A stretch of 64,000 nt of DNA, taken from the NCBI GenBank assembly GCA_964016885.1, contig OZ024759.1:30132001-30196000 (forward strand), read 5' to 3'. Under the pieces are notes generated by a model. The model saw only the letters and a list, made by a program, of their open reading frames with translations, made no database searches and had not been told where the DNA came from. How positions within the stretch are numbered: the first letter of the stretch is position 1; every line of letters starts with the position of its first letter. Shown here one piece after another: positions 39,091 to 52,876 of the stretch. A program made the position numbers and the translations under genes. The stretch is from Eledone cirrhosa. Taxonomy: Eukaryota.

Positions 39091-39234
39091 GTTCATTGTT
39101 TTACGATCGTTTCAGAGGGTTGATTAATGGTGGAAGATGGATATATCAACTAGCATGGTAGTGGTTACGTCACTACTTGTGCCTAGTCTCGAAGTCCCTG
39201 ATCAATCGAACCGTCTTCTTCAGAAACAATGAAC
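39091..39234 (-). ncRNA. Hammerhead ribozyme with long helix II
   Basis: Minus strand GTTCATTGTTT CTGAAGA AGA...TCT GAAA CGATCG TA AAACAATGAAC. Helix I is a perfect 11 bp and loop 3 is palindromic. Confidence 0.8.
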
Positions 39235-39332
39235 AATGATTTTCTTTGCTAGAAGGAGGCTGGAGTGCATGAGAGTTGGATGCATAAATCAGGAGTGGCT
39301 TGGATTAGGGAGCATATAATTGTAAAGAAAAA

Positions 39333-39447
39333 AATAATTGTTTCTACTTTTGGCAAAAGGCCAGCAATTATCCCAGTGTATTACTGGTACTTTATTTTAT
39401 CGACCCCCGTAAGGATGAAAGGCAAAGTTAACCTCGGCGGGATTTGA
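39333..39447 (-). mobile_element. SINE family A, 5'-truncated
   Basis: Matches the 3' part of 15607-15791. Confidence 0.8.
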
Positions 39448-39462
39448 AGGATATCATATAAA

Positions 39463-39627
39463 TCAGTTACGGGCAAACTGCGGCTCGCGACCCGCATGTG
39501 GCCTGTTTGGCTTTCTCAATGGCACGCCTAATTCCAAAATTGCTTTGAAATTTTTAGTAGTGCGGCCAGCCATATAATTAGCCACATCATATGCGGCTCA
39601 CTGCTTGAAAAAGTTTGCCCATGCCTA
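39463..39627. mobile_element. hAT-like MITE
   Basis: cagttacgggcaaactgcggctcgcg...aagtttgcccatgcct; short TIR and GC-rich subterminal motifs. Confidence 0.5.
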
Positions 39628-39934
39628 ATATAAACCATATTAGATAGTAAGTCCTGTTAAGAGTTATAAGAGTAGTGGATGTAATTATGTGTATGCCCCA
39701 GTTGGCCTGTTTTGGCCGCATGTGAACACCAGAGGATCATGAATAAGATTGCTGCCCTGTGTGGTCAGATTAACTTGCATAAGTAGGTAGTTTGATAGGC
39801 AAATACAATAGTTTTGGGATAAGCGGGGCTTCGTGGAGATAATTAAGATCTAATTTATCCAAATCCTTCATTAGGCCTTTATTAACATGGTGTTTTATGG
39901 ATTGGAGTAGATAATGTATTTTCCTAAAACAACA

Positions 39935-40107
39935 TACCGTATTTCTCCCGGTGCCGAAGATGCTTCGCTCTCAAAGACGCACCCAAATTTTGACAACTAA
40001 AAATTTGAAAAATAATAATAAACAATCTTCGGCCTCCAGGACGCATGGTAGATTTTTGAGACATATTTTTAGGAAAAAAGTAGCGTCTTCGAAGCCGGTA
40101 AATGCGG

Positions 40108-40112
<5 letters not shown>
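39935..40112. mobile_element. Tc1/pogo-like MITE (second copy 40354-40524)
   Basis: taccgtattt..ccgg.gccga ... tcgaagccggtaaatgcggggta, TA-flanked; the two copies align. Confidence 0.6.
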
Positions 40113-40137
<25 letters not shown>

Positions 40138-40140
<3 letters not shown>

Positions 40141-40330
40141 CGAAGGAATTGTGGTAAGGAACCAGATGGACCATAACGCACCAGAGTACTCAATACTTAG
40201 GGAAGTAGAGTGGGTAATAGGAAAAAGTATGTCCCTGACGGCAGAGCTCAAGCCGTTTCGACGGCTATTTCTGGACTAAAATAGCCGTCGAAACGGCTTG
40301 AGCTCTGCCGTCGGGGTCATACTTTTTCCT
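40138..40330. mobile_element. TA-targeted fold-back mini-element carrying the 3' half of an HHR (family: 3316-3428, 40927-41000, 43381-43667, 45721-45910, 48056-48251, 48841-49030)
   Basis: Sense strand ...gccgtcGAAACGGCT TGAGCTC AGCCGTC gggg...attgagtac...ccttcgtta(TA)n, with opposed copies joined near ttctggac. Confidence 0.8.
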
Positions 40331-40883
40331 ATATATATATATTTATATATATATACCGTATTTCCCGGCGCCGACGTCGCTTCATCCTGGAGGACGAACC
40401 CTAATTTTGACAACCAAAAATTTGAAAAAAATAATAAAGAACCTTCGGCTTCCAGGACGCCTGGTAGATTTTTGAGAAATATTTTAGAGAAAATATAGCG
40501 TCTTCGACGCCGGGCGATAAGGTATACGTGTTTTTTGCTGTCAAATCCGTACGTAACGATAACAATCACATATGCAAAGATAGCTCGCAGCCTCACTGAC
40601 ACGTATAATACAATACATATCAGCTTAGGTAAACTTTCACGGGAAGTAAATACACCTACACGTATGTATGAACATGAATATTTTTCGTTTCATATACAGA
40701 TATCTATAGCCTGGAATATTGATCCTTGTACACCGAAGACAAGGCAGACATATTTAGACATATATATTAGTGATATGTACATAAGTATATATATCTATAT
40801 TGTCGACACACAAAATTACCTATATAACTTGAGGCATGTGTCGATATTCACAAACACATGGACACATAAATAAATGTAATTAT

Positions 40884-40930
<47 letters not shown>

Positions 40931-40998
40931 AACCAGTAAGACCCCGACGGCTGAGCTCAAGCCGTTTCGACGGCTAATTCTTACCACATTTCCTTCGT

Positions 40999-41029
<31 letters not shown>

Positions 41030-41033
<4 letters not shown>

Positions 41034-41440
41034 AAATAATGAATAAAACAATGAAACAGTTCCTTATATTAAACAAAAAAAGTTCATTATTTAACGATCG
41101 TTTCTAGGATATATATGTGTTAGAATTGGCATGCATATTCAACAGATCTATGTACAAAATTATACAAAATTATACAAACTATCAAAATTAAATATACATA
41201 CCAAACACATATATATGCCGTCTTCAGAAATAATGATTATTTCTGAAGACGGCATATATATGTGTTTGGTATGTATATTTAATTTTGATAGTTTGTATAA
41301 TTTTGTATAATTTTGTACATAGATCTGTTGAATATGCATGCCAATTCTAACACATATATATCCTAGAAACGATCGTTAAATAATGAACTTTTTTTGTTTA
41401 ATATAAGGAACTGTTTCATTGTTTTATTCATTATTTTTTT
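41030..41440. ncRNA. ~410-bp near-perfect palindrome containing two opposed complete HHRs
   Basis: Plus strand ATTATTT CTGAAGA ...ATATATATGTGTT...AACACATATATAT... GAAA CGATCG TT AAATAAT (41236-41384), mirrored on the minus strand. Centre at 41235. Confidence 0.8.
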
Positions 41441-41581
41441 AATATTTTATCTTGACTCTGTATTCCGTTTATCTTTCACCGAAAGTGATTTTTCATTGCA
41501 TCTCTTCTTTCCATGATATCCGGATTACATTGAGATCTTCATACGGATTGGACACTACCGTAAACTCTTGGTAGATTTATC

Positions 41582-41694
<113 letters not shown>

Positions 41695-42107
41695 TATATA
41701 TATTTTTATTAAAATAACAGATTAAAGTTTAAGCAAAGAATCGCTGCTTTCACCCTTAACGGGTTATTCTGAAACTCAGAAGATCCCGTTAAGGGTGAAA
41801 GCACCGATTCTTTGCTTACAATTTAATCTGTTACTTTAATAAATACTTGCTCTAGGGTTCTTATATATTTGATATATATTTATCCTCATCGAGCCCTCTT
41901 TTGATTTTAGTCTTCAAATTTATTGTTATTACTATATATATATATACATATATATACATATATATATACATATATATACATATATATACATATATACATA
42001 TATATATATACGCATATATATATATGCATATATATATACATATATACATATATATACATATATATATACATATATATATTCATATATATATATATACATA
42101 TATATAC

Positions 42108-42140
<33 letters not shown>

Positions 42141-42390
42141 CATATATATACATATATATATATATATACATATATATATATGCATATATATATATGCATA
42201 TATATACATATTTATATATGCATATATATATACATATATACATATAAATATATATACATATATATATATATATACATATTTATATATATATATATGTGCA
42301 TATATATACATACATGCACATATATATATATATAGTAATAATTATAAATTTGAAGACTATTCTTTGCTTAAACATTAATCTGTTATTTTA

Positions 42391-42457
<67 letters not shown>

Positions 42458-42498
42458 TATATATATATATATATATACATATATATGTACATATATAT

Positions 42499-42537
<39 letters not shown>

Positions 42538-42817
42538 TATATATATATACATATATATATACCTATATATATATATATATGCATATATATATATATACAT
42601 AAATACATATACATATATATACATATATATATGTATATATATATGCATATATATATATATACATATATACATATACATATATTTTGAGTTTATGTTGGTC
42701 ATATGACTCCAGTTCCTCAGTGAATTAACAACCCAACAAGGAACTGGGCATATCAGAGTATTGACAATATTATACACCTAAACAACATATGTACTTGTCT
42801 ATACCATACTAATTCAA

Positions 42818-42872
42818 ACTGCCTGAAGAGGTCACAGCCAAAGATGGCTGTCACTGAAATATATATAGCAGT
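42818..42872 (+). ncRNA. Minimal hammerhead ribozyme
   Basis: ACTGC CTGAAGA GGT C ACAGCCA AAGA TGGCTGT C ACT GAAA TATATA TA GCAGT, followed by AATAAA. Confidence 0.8.
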
Positions 42873-42930
42873 AATAAACGAAGCTAAATTTTAATCATTT
42901 GACTTTTATTTAACTTTATTTTATATATAC

Positions 42931-43023
<93 letters not shown>

Positions 43024-43161
43024 TACATATATATATATATGCATATATACATATATATATATATATACATATATACATATACATATATACATATATATAT
43101 ATATATACATATATACATATATATATACACACATATATATATATATATATATATATCTATA

Positions 43162-43244
<83 letters not shown>

Positions 43245-43338
43245 GTTTATATATATATATATGTATAATGTATATATATATACATATATACATATTTACA
43301 TATATATATATAAACATATATATATACACACACACACA

Positions 43339-43384
<46 letters not shown>

Positions 43385-43854
43385 AAAGACGGTGTGGTAA
43401 GAAACCAGGTATACCATAACGCACCAGAGTACTCAATATTTAGGGTAGTAGAGTGGTGATAGGAAAAATAATCAGGACCCCGACGGCTGAGCTCCAGCCG
43501 TTTCGACAGCTAGATTCGAACTGTTCGTATCTAGCTGTCGAAACGACTGGACCTCAACCATCGGGGACGTGACACTTTTCCCATTACACACTCTACTACC
43601 CTAAGTATTGAGTACTTGTGGCGCGTTATGGGGTCCACGTTGTATCTTACCACACTTCCTTCGTTATATATATGTATATATATAGTATTAAGGATACTAT
43701 TCATGGTTATGTATATACTAAAACTTTTTATAGTTATATATATGTTAAACCCTAAACAGAGAAAGACAGTAATATATTACTACCTTATTACCAGTAAGAT
43801 AAATAGCTCAATGTAATAACATCAGTTGTTCTACAGTTGTTCTGTATATATATG

Positions 43855-44075
<221 letters not shown>

Positions 44076-44253
44076 ATACTTTGGGAGGTCATATTGTTGT
44101 AATAGTATTGCCAGAAATAATAACATAACACACTCACTGTTTGGTTGGTTTTCGCTTCTGTATCTTTTATATCTCCATAGTTAATTCATTTAGCAATCAA
44201 TGATTATCACTGACTGACCAACGGTCAAAAATACAGATATAATATAGATATAT

Positions 44254-44307
44254 ATAGTCTAACAAAGTTCTTTCGTTGCACATCTGCAACATCATCAGTG
44301 GTACTAT
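44254..44307 (-). ncRNA. HHR-like motif
   Basis: Minus strand ATAGTacca CTGATGA T GTTGCA GATG TGCAAC GAAA GAACTT TG ttagACTAT. The cleavage triplet is degenerate. Confidence 0.55.
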
Positions 44308-44551
44308 TAACATGTTTCCCTCTGCTGTATTGTAGTGTCTACGCCATTTTTATTTTCTATAAATAAACATTTTCTATAAACAGACAGTTTGTTAGCTTCT
44401 CTCCCTACTATCGCCGAAAAGAAGTAAGTGACATAGTCACTACTTTAAAACTGATAGCGCAAGGTCTTCTAAATGTTTTAAATTAAACATACGGTATATT
44501 GCCAAATATACTATACATACATTCATATACATTATATATATATATATATGA

Positions 44552-44599
<48 letters not shown>

Positions 44600-44763
44600 A
44601 AATCAAAAGATGGTTAAAAGAGTTCCATGTATTATAATACAAGGAACTCTTTTAATAATCTTTTGATTTTATTTTATTTATACTCCAGTCCTATAAACTG
44701 TTGAGTGCTACTTATCCTATATTTGCATTGCTTTATTGTGCTACAATAAAACTCAACTCCTAC

Positions 44764-44902
<139 letters not shown>

Positions 44903-45293
44903 ACGTACGTAAACATATACATAGATATTTATATACGAAACTAAATTGAAAAAACTTCGTTATGTCCATGTATGTACAGGTATACAGACTTCTAGAAATG
45001 CATATATGAGGTGTATATTGACACGTTCATACGTGAACATATTGCAAATCTATTCTCTGTCCGACTTTTACAGTTTAGAAGCGTCCATGTTTTACCGAAA
45101 CAAGACCGGCTGTGGATTTCAATGAATAGAAACACTTAAACGGGCACTGGATATCTAGGTGTATGCAAACATTAAATATAAATATATTATGAACAGAAAG
45201 GTAAACACAGGTTAAAAACGAAGGTGAAAAAGTCAGGTAAAATTGCTGAGAGGTAGCAGCTGTATCAACGAGAAAAGCCATTGTCTATTCAAA

Positions 45294-45398
<105 letters not shown>

Positions 45399-45420
45399 TG
45401 TGATAAATGACATAAGATAA

Positions 45421-45490
45421 TTATTTCATGTACTAGTGGTTTCTTGAAGGCAGATGTTGTGTCTGTCTTCACTCGTCAGAATGAATAAAT
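45421..45490 (-). ncRNA. Hammerhead ribozyme
   Basis: Minus strand TTCATt CTGACGA G TGAAGACAGA...TCTGCCTTCA A GAAA CCACTAG TA cATGAA. Confidence 0.6.
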
Positions 45491-45501
45491 AACCTTCATT
45501 T

Positions 45502-45578
<77 letters not shown>

Positions 45579-45666
45579 GTAATAATAATAGTAATAATAA
45601 AATTGAAGACTAAAAAAAGTGAAAGCAGCGATTCTTTGCTTAAACTTTAATCTGTTATTTTAATAA

Positions 45667-45717
<51 letters not shown>

Positions 45718-45924
45718 TATATAACGAAGGACGTGTGGTAAGGAACCAAATAATAAAGCACCAGAGTACTCAATACTTAGTGAAGTAGAGTGGGTAATAA
45801 GAAAACATTTAACCCCGACGGCAGAGCTCAAGCCGTTTCGACGGCTATTTCTGGACTATTCCAGAAATAGCCATCGAAATGGCTTGAGCTGGGGTTAAAC
45901 TTTTTCCTATACATATATATATTC

Positions 45925-46188
45925 CTCTTCTAGTGTGTCCATGTAGGGGCTCCCACAGGAGCACTGAGTGCAATGTCAACTCTGAATGTCGGTGAGCATG
46001 TCCAGCTAACCTCAGTCTCCTCTGTGTCACTTTTGAGCTTACTTTTGGGATGCTCAAGGTTAACGTATGTTGATGCCCTAAGGACAGACACTGGTCTGTT
46101 GGAGACGCAGGACATGGCAGCGATAATGAGGGACAGAGACCGCTGGAGAGAACTCGTCCATGGATCTCGGGAATTTTACCCGCCTTAG
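45925..46188. mobile_element. RTE-like LINE 3' end with 5' inversion
   Basis: Minus-strand 45930-46057 encodes RRLRLAGHAHRH...LWEPLHGHTRRG. Plus-strand 46058-46188 continues LTYVDALRTDTGL...MRDRDRWRELV. Confidence 0.75.
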
Positions 46189-46342
46189 ATATATATATAT
46201 ATATTCGTATTCATAGAAACCTATCGCAGATATTGTTTAATTTCGATCGAGATGGTCCAGGTTTGTCAATACCTGATAGGTTTTTTCGTTGCGTTGGTTC
46301 ATGTGGCTAGGTCACCGGCCGCAGTTTTACTAAACTTTCATT

Positions 46343-46387
<45 letters not shown>

Positions 46388-46918
46388 ATAATAAATAAAG
46401 ACTAAAATCCAATAAGGATTATAATATATATATATATATATAAACAAGTAGAGCAAATATTTATTATAAGAACAGATTAAAGTTTAACAAAAGAATCGCT
46501 GCTTTCACCCTTCTTTGCTTAAAATTTAATCTGTTCTTATATCGATATATATATATATATATATAAATATTTGATGAACATTTACATGTTTTAGTTGCAA
46601 TTGACTAATAAATTCGTTAGAATGAAATATCTTAATTCAACTACATAAAGTTTGCCTGTACGATCTAAAAAATAATAAATCAATACTCACAAACTCATAT
46701 GGGCAAAAGTTTGTGAGTATTGATTTATTATTTTTTAGATCGTACAGGCAAACTTTATATAATTGAATTAAGATATTTCATTCTAACGATTTTATTAGTC
46801 AATTGCAACTAAAACATGTAAATGTTCATCAAATATTAATTTATTCTGCTCAGAAGCGATTCTTAGAGCTGAAATGATTGTAAATGACCCCATTGAGTGT
46901 AAACTCTAAGTTATATTA

Positions 46919-46957
<39 letters not shown>

Positions 46958-47139
46958 AGAACAAAGCGGTGGCGTTACATGAAGAACGTATTGATCAGTC
47001 CTGGTTACAATTGTTTCATAAACAGTCGGCTCATGATCCGGGGGGGGGGGGGTGTTTAATATTATATACACTCTGCTCTAGGGTTGAGTGCTGACTTTAG
47101 TACCCTCACCAGTTTTCTACGGATTTACTGATACTTCTG

Positions 47140-47185
<46 letters not shown>

Positions 47186-47186
47186 C

Positions 47187-47229
<43 letters not shown>

Positions 47230-47784
47230 CATAATTATGTGTGTGTGTGTGTGAGTCACGGGTTTAAATCGGGGTTAACCACAGTAAGTAAGGTACTCAA
47301 CACATTAGTAGAGTGTATACAACAAAATTTAATATAGATTGGCTTCTACAGGACTAGAAATGTTTCATTCGAAAGAAATAATCAGGAATATATATATATA
47401 TAAATGTAAGTATGTATACGTACATACATATATGTATACAGACGTATAGTAGTATATATATACATACATGCACACATATATATATGTACGTTTGCATTTA
47501 CCGAACATTTATTATAATGTTAGGTTTGTTTGTAAACAAACAGCCCGAATTACGGGGTACAGTTTTCGGTAACCATCGTCGCCTTTTTGTTCAACACTGA
47601 CACAGGAACCTTATAATAAATGTTGGGTAAACCCATACGTACATATATATATATGTGTGCATGTATGTATATATATACATACTACTGTACGTCTGTATAC
47701 ATATATGTAAGTACGTATACATACTTACATTTAAGTATCAGCCGTACTAAGAGTGAGGAATGAAATTTCGTCTCATTCTTTTCC

Positions 47785-47853
<69 letters not shown>

Positions 47854-47891
47854 TATATATTTGTGTACTCGTCTCTACCACACTAATTCGG

Positions 47892-47946
47892 ACTGCCTGA
47901 AGAGGTCACAGCCAAAGATGGCTGTCACCGAAATATATATAGCAGT
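47892..47946 (+). ncRNA. Minimal hammerhead ribozyme (sister of 42818-42872)
   Basis: ACTGC CTGAAGA GGT C ACAGCCA AAGA TGGCTGT C ACC GAAA TATATA TA GCAGT. Confidence 0.85.
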
Positions 47947-47992
47947 AATAAACGAAGCCAAATTTTAAACATTTGTCTTATTTATTTTATTT

Positions 47993-48059
<67 letters not shown>

Positions 48060-48247
48060 GAAGGAAATGTGGTAAGGAACCAGGTGGACCATAACGCACC
48101 AAAGTACTCAATACTTAGGGTAGTAGAGTGGGTAATAGGAACGAGTAGGACCCCGACGGCTGAGCTCAAGCCGTCTCGACGGCTAATTCTGGACCCAGAA
48201 TTAGCCGTCGAAACGGCTTGAGCTCAGCCGTCCGGGTCCTACTCGTT

Positions 48248-48316
<69 letters not shown>

Positions 48317-48404
48317 AAAACAGAAAGACATTGAGGGGGGTGGGGGGAGATATTAAAAAGAGCGTAAACAAATTAAAATGAAACATATATATGCAAATAA
48401 AAGT

Positions 48405-48476
48405 TTTCAATCTGATGAACGGATTCAGACGCCTCTCTTAGAATTGTCTGAGTTCGTGAAACCTTGGGTAATGGAA
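48405..48476 (+). ncRNA. Hammerhead ribozyme (degenerate sister at 53851-53898)
   Basis: TTTCAAT CTGATGA ACGGATTCAGAC...GTCTGAGTTCGT GAAA CCTTGG GTA ATGGAA, with a 12-bp helix II. Confidence 0.72.
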
Positions 48477-48516
48477 TAATTATATTGTGTTGTTTATTCC
48501 ATAATTAAATAAATGA

Positions 48517-48600
<84 letters not shown>

Positions 48601-48787
48601 ATATATATATATATTAGAGCAAACATCACGGACACTCTATCTCAAAATTATTTTTGAAAAGCATTAGAAATGCGCAACCGGTAAAACCAAAACTGAATAC
48701 TAACCAATACTATTACTAATTCTCACTTATTCCTAATTAAACTATTTTTCACTGGGAACAATTTGTCAGCTTTTTCTTTTCCGTTTA

Positions 48788-48842
<55 letters not shown>

Positions 48843-49020
48843 CAAAGGAATTGTGTAAGGAACCAGATGGACCATAACGCACCAGAGTACTCAATACTTA
48901 GGGTAGTAGAGTGGGAAATAGGAAAAAGTATGAACCCGACGGCAGAGCTCAAGCCGTTTCGACGGCTATTTCTGGACTAGCCGTCGAAACGGTTTGAGCT
49001 CTACCGTCGGGGTCATACGT

Positions 49021-49205
49021 TTCTCTCCACATACCGAGGCGAGATTTAAAGGTGCTGAAGCAAATAATCCGGAAACATAAGTGGAATATATGGAGGCAGT
49101 TGAATATATATTACATCCACCCCACCTCCACACACACGTACACACACACACATACACACACACACACGTACACACACACACACACGTACACACACACACA
49201 TACAT

Positions 49206-49283
<78 letters not shown>

Positions 49284-49738
49284 ATGTATGTGTGTGTGTG
49301 TACGTGTGTGTGTATGTATGTGTGTGTGTACGTGTGTGTGGGTGTGTGAGTGTGTGTGTGTGTGTGTGTATGTATGTGTGTGTGTGTACGTGTGTGTGGG
49401 TGCGTGTGTGTGTGTGTGTGTGTATGTATGTGTGTGTGTACGTGTGTGTGTGTATGTATGTGTGTGTACGTGTGTGTGTATGTATGTGTGTGTGTATGTA
49501 TGTGTGTGTGTGTGTACGTGTGTGTGGGGGTGGGGTGGATGTAATATATATATATATATGTGTGTGTGTGTGTATGTATGTGTGTGTGTACGTGTGTGTC
49601 TATGTATGTGTGTGTGTGTACGTGTGTGTGGGTGTGGGGTAGATGTAATATATATTCAACTGCCTCCATATATTCCACTTATGTTTCCGGATTATTTGCT
49701 TCAGCACCTTTAAATCTCGCCTCGGTATGTGGAGAGAA
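49021..49738. repeat. ~720-bp inverted duplication centred on a (TA)n tract
   Basis: About 100 bp of unique arms (49021-49120 and 49640-49738) are reverse complements, enclosing (CA)n-(TA)n-(TG)n. Confidence 0.88.
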
Positions 49739-49784
49739 TCTCCATTTGAATTAAACACTTTTAGTTTCCATGGTAATGACAGCA

Positions 49785-50830
49785 ATAAACAACAAAAACA
49801 ACAATAGTAGCAGCAACAGCAACAGCAACAACAACAATAGCAATAACAACGACGATGACAACAACAACACCAACAACAACAACAACAACAGCACCATCAC
49901 CACCACCACCGCCATCATCATCATCATCACCATCATCAGCATCAACACAAACAGCAGGAACAACAACATCAACAACACCACCACCACCAACACCAACGCT
50001 AACACCACCACCACCATCATCACCACCACCATCACCATTACCATCATCATCATTATCATCAACAGCAGCAACAACAGCAACAGCAACATCGAAAACAACA
50101 ACAACAACAGCAACAACGATAACAACAGCCACAACAACCACAACAACAACAACAACTGTAACACCACCACCACCATCATCATCACCATCATCACCACCAC
50201 CACCATCACCACCATCATCATCATCACCATCATTATCATCATCAACAGCAACAACAGCCACAACAACCACAACAACAATAACAACTGTAACACCACCACC
50301 ACCACCACCACCAGCAGCAGCAGCAGCACCACCACCACCACCAGCAGCAGCAGCAGCACCACCACCACCACCACCACCACCACCACCATCATCACCACCA
50401 CCGCCAACACCACCACCAGCAGCAGCACCACCACCACCACCACCATCATCACCACCACCACCACCACCGCCACCACCACCACCACCACCACCACCACCAC
50501 CACCACCACAATCACCACCGCCACCGCCGCCACCACCACCATCGCCACCACCACCACCAGCAGCACCACCACCACCACCACCGCCGCCAACACCACCACC
50601 ACCACCACCACCACCGCCACCACCAGCAACACCACCACCACCACCACCACCACCACCACCGCCACCACCAGCAACACCACCACCACCACCACCACCACCA
50701 CCACCACCAGCACCACCACCACCACCACCACCGCCGCCAACACCACCACCACCACCGCCGCCACCACCACCACCGCCACCACCAGCAACACCACCACCAC
50801 CACCACCACCACCACCACCACCACCACCAT
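49785..50830. repeat. Compound (CAA/CAG/CAT/CAC)n triplet repeat, followed by an opposed (GGT)n tract at 51100-51515
   Basis: Visible directly in the sequence. Confidence 0.92.
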
Positions 50831-52013
50831 CAACAAGAACCCTCGTCCGAACCCAACCTCCAAACATGAAAATGAGATTTCCTTCTATCGACATGTGACC
50901 TTTGAACACTTCCGCACCTCCCCGCCGCCCCTTCCCTCTCCCCGCCACCACCACCTTAACAATCCACTCCACATTCAATACCTTTATTTGTTATCTGTTA
51001 TGTATGTATTGGGACAGAGATCGATCAACTCGCGTGATCAGCTATCAACTTGACCTTTTTTACAGATGATTCAATGTTTAAGAAAGTATTTAAATGGAGG
51101 GGTGGGTTGGTGGGGGTAGTTGGTTACGTGGCGATGGCGGTGGTGGTGGTGTTGGTGGTGGTGGCGGTGGCGGTGGCGGTGGTGGTGGTGGTGGTGGTGG
51201 TGGTGGCGGTGGTGGTGGTGGTGGTGGTGGTGGTGGTGTTGGTGGTGTTGGTGGTGGTGGCGGTGGTGGTGGTGGTGGTGTTGGTGGTGGTGGTGTTGGT
51301 GGTGTTGGTGGTGGTGTTGGTGGTGGTGTTGGTGGGGGTAGTTGGTTACGTGGCGGTGGTGGTGGTGTTGGTGGCGGTGGTGGTGGTGTTGGTGGTGTTG
51401 GTGGGGGTAGTTGGTTACGTGGCGGTGGCGGTGGTGGTGGTGGTGTTGGTGGTGGAGGGGTTGAGGGGCGGGTATGTGGTGACGTGGCAGTGGTGGTGGA
51501 GGTGGTGGGGGTGTGACGTGGCGATGGTGAGAGAAAGATATGGATACAGGGAGAAGAGAGTGTGAGGAGAGGGTGAGAGTGAGAGAGAGAGTGAGGAAGG
51601 GAGAGAGTGGAGAGGGAGAGAGTGAAGAGGGTGAGTGAAGCGAGTCTGGAGAAAGTGAGAGAGAGAGTGAAGAGATAAGAGAGTGAAGAGGGAGAGAAAG
51701 CAGAGAGAGTGAAGAGGGAGAGAGAGTGACAGAGTGAGTGAAGAGGGAGTGGAGAGTGAAGAGGGAGTGGAGAGAGAGAGTGAGGGAGATAGAAGAGAGT
51801 GAGGAGAGAGGGGGGAGAGAGGAAAGAGAGACAGAGAGAGAAGATGTAGAGGCGTAGGGGAGGAAGAGTCAAAGACATATATGTGTGTGGGGGGGTTGTA
51901 GAAAACATACACATGTATACACGCAAATATAGGTTTGTGAGTATTTATATATATTTATATACGCATTTGAAATTGTATTGATTAAACCTAAAATTAAGTT
52001 TATACACACACAT

Positions 52014-52046
<33 letters not shown>

Positions 52047-52119
52047 AATATATATAAATGAAAAGTATAGAAATTATTGTAGCAAGAAGCCAACAGTATT
52101 CCATAATATATACAATATA

Positions 52120-52191
<72 letters not shown>

Positions 52192-52353
52192 GGAGGTGAG
52201 TTTTATTGTAGTACAATAAAGCAATGCAGATATCGGATAAGAAGCACTCTACAGTTTGTAGGACTGGAGTATACATAATATAAGATCAAAACCTATATAT
52301 TTGCTAGCATTGATATGCATCTGTACGTATATATATGTTACTAGATATTAATT

Positions 52354-52403
<50 letters not shown>

Positions 52404-52588
52404 AATTAATATCTAGTAACATATATATACGTACAGATGCATATCAATGCTAGCAAATATATAGGTTTTGTCTTAATAACTTTGTGGTTCAATGCATGGG
52501 GTTGCAGAACAATAATATGAGAGACGTAAAATAAGAAAATTATAAAATTAACTTACTTAAGTTAGTTTTATAATTTTCTTATTTTACG

Positions 52589-52656
<68 letters not shown>

Positions 52657-52689
52657 CCCAGTGAGAAATTTTGATCCGGAAATATTGCC

Positions 52690-52782
52690 AATGTCCGAAG
52701 AACCTGCAGTTTCCAGAATCGGACAGATCCATATAATGATCGTGTCTCGAGCTGTCTGCCGGCGAAACAATTGTAACACAAT
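52690..52782 (+). ncRNA. HHR-like motif (CCGAAGA core)
   Basis: TGT CCGAAGA ACC.GCAG...CTGC.GGC GAAA CAATTG TA ACA, then AATAAA; lies between (TA)n tracts. Confidence 0.5.
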
Positions 52783-52795
52783 AAATTGATTTTAC

Positions 52796-52876
<81 letters not shown>

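Noticed and set aside
50850-50900. Kelch-like peptide GNLIFMFGGW on the minus strand
   Set aside because: No polypyrimidine acceptor or good donor and no partner exons; likely chance.
49751-51926. Poly-Pro, Thr, Gly and Val ORFs of 140-430 aa
   Set aside because: Compound triplet repeats open in nearly all frames.
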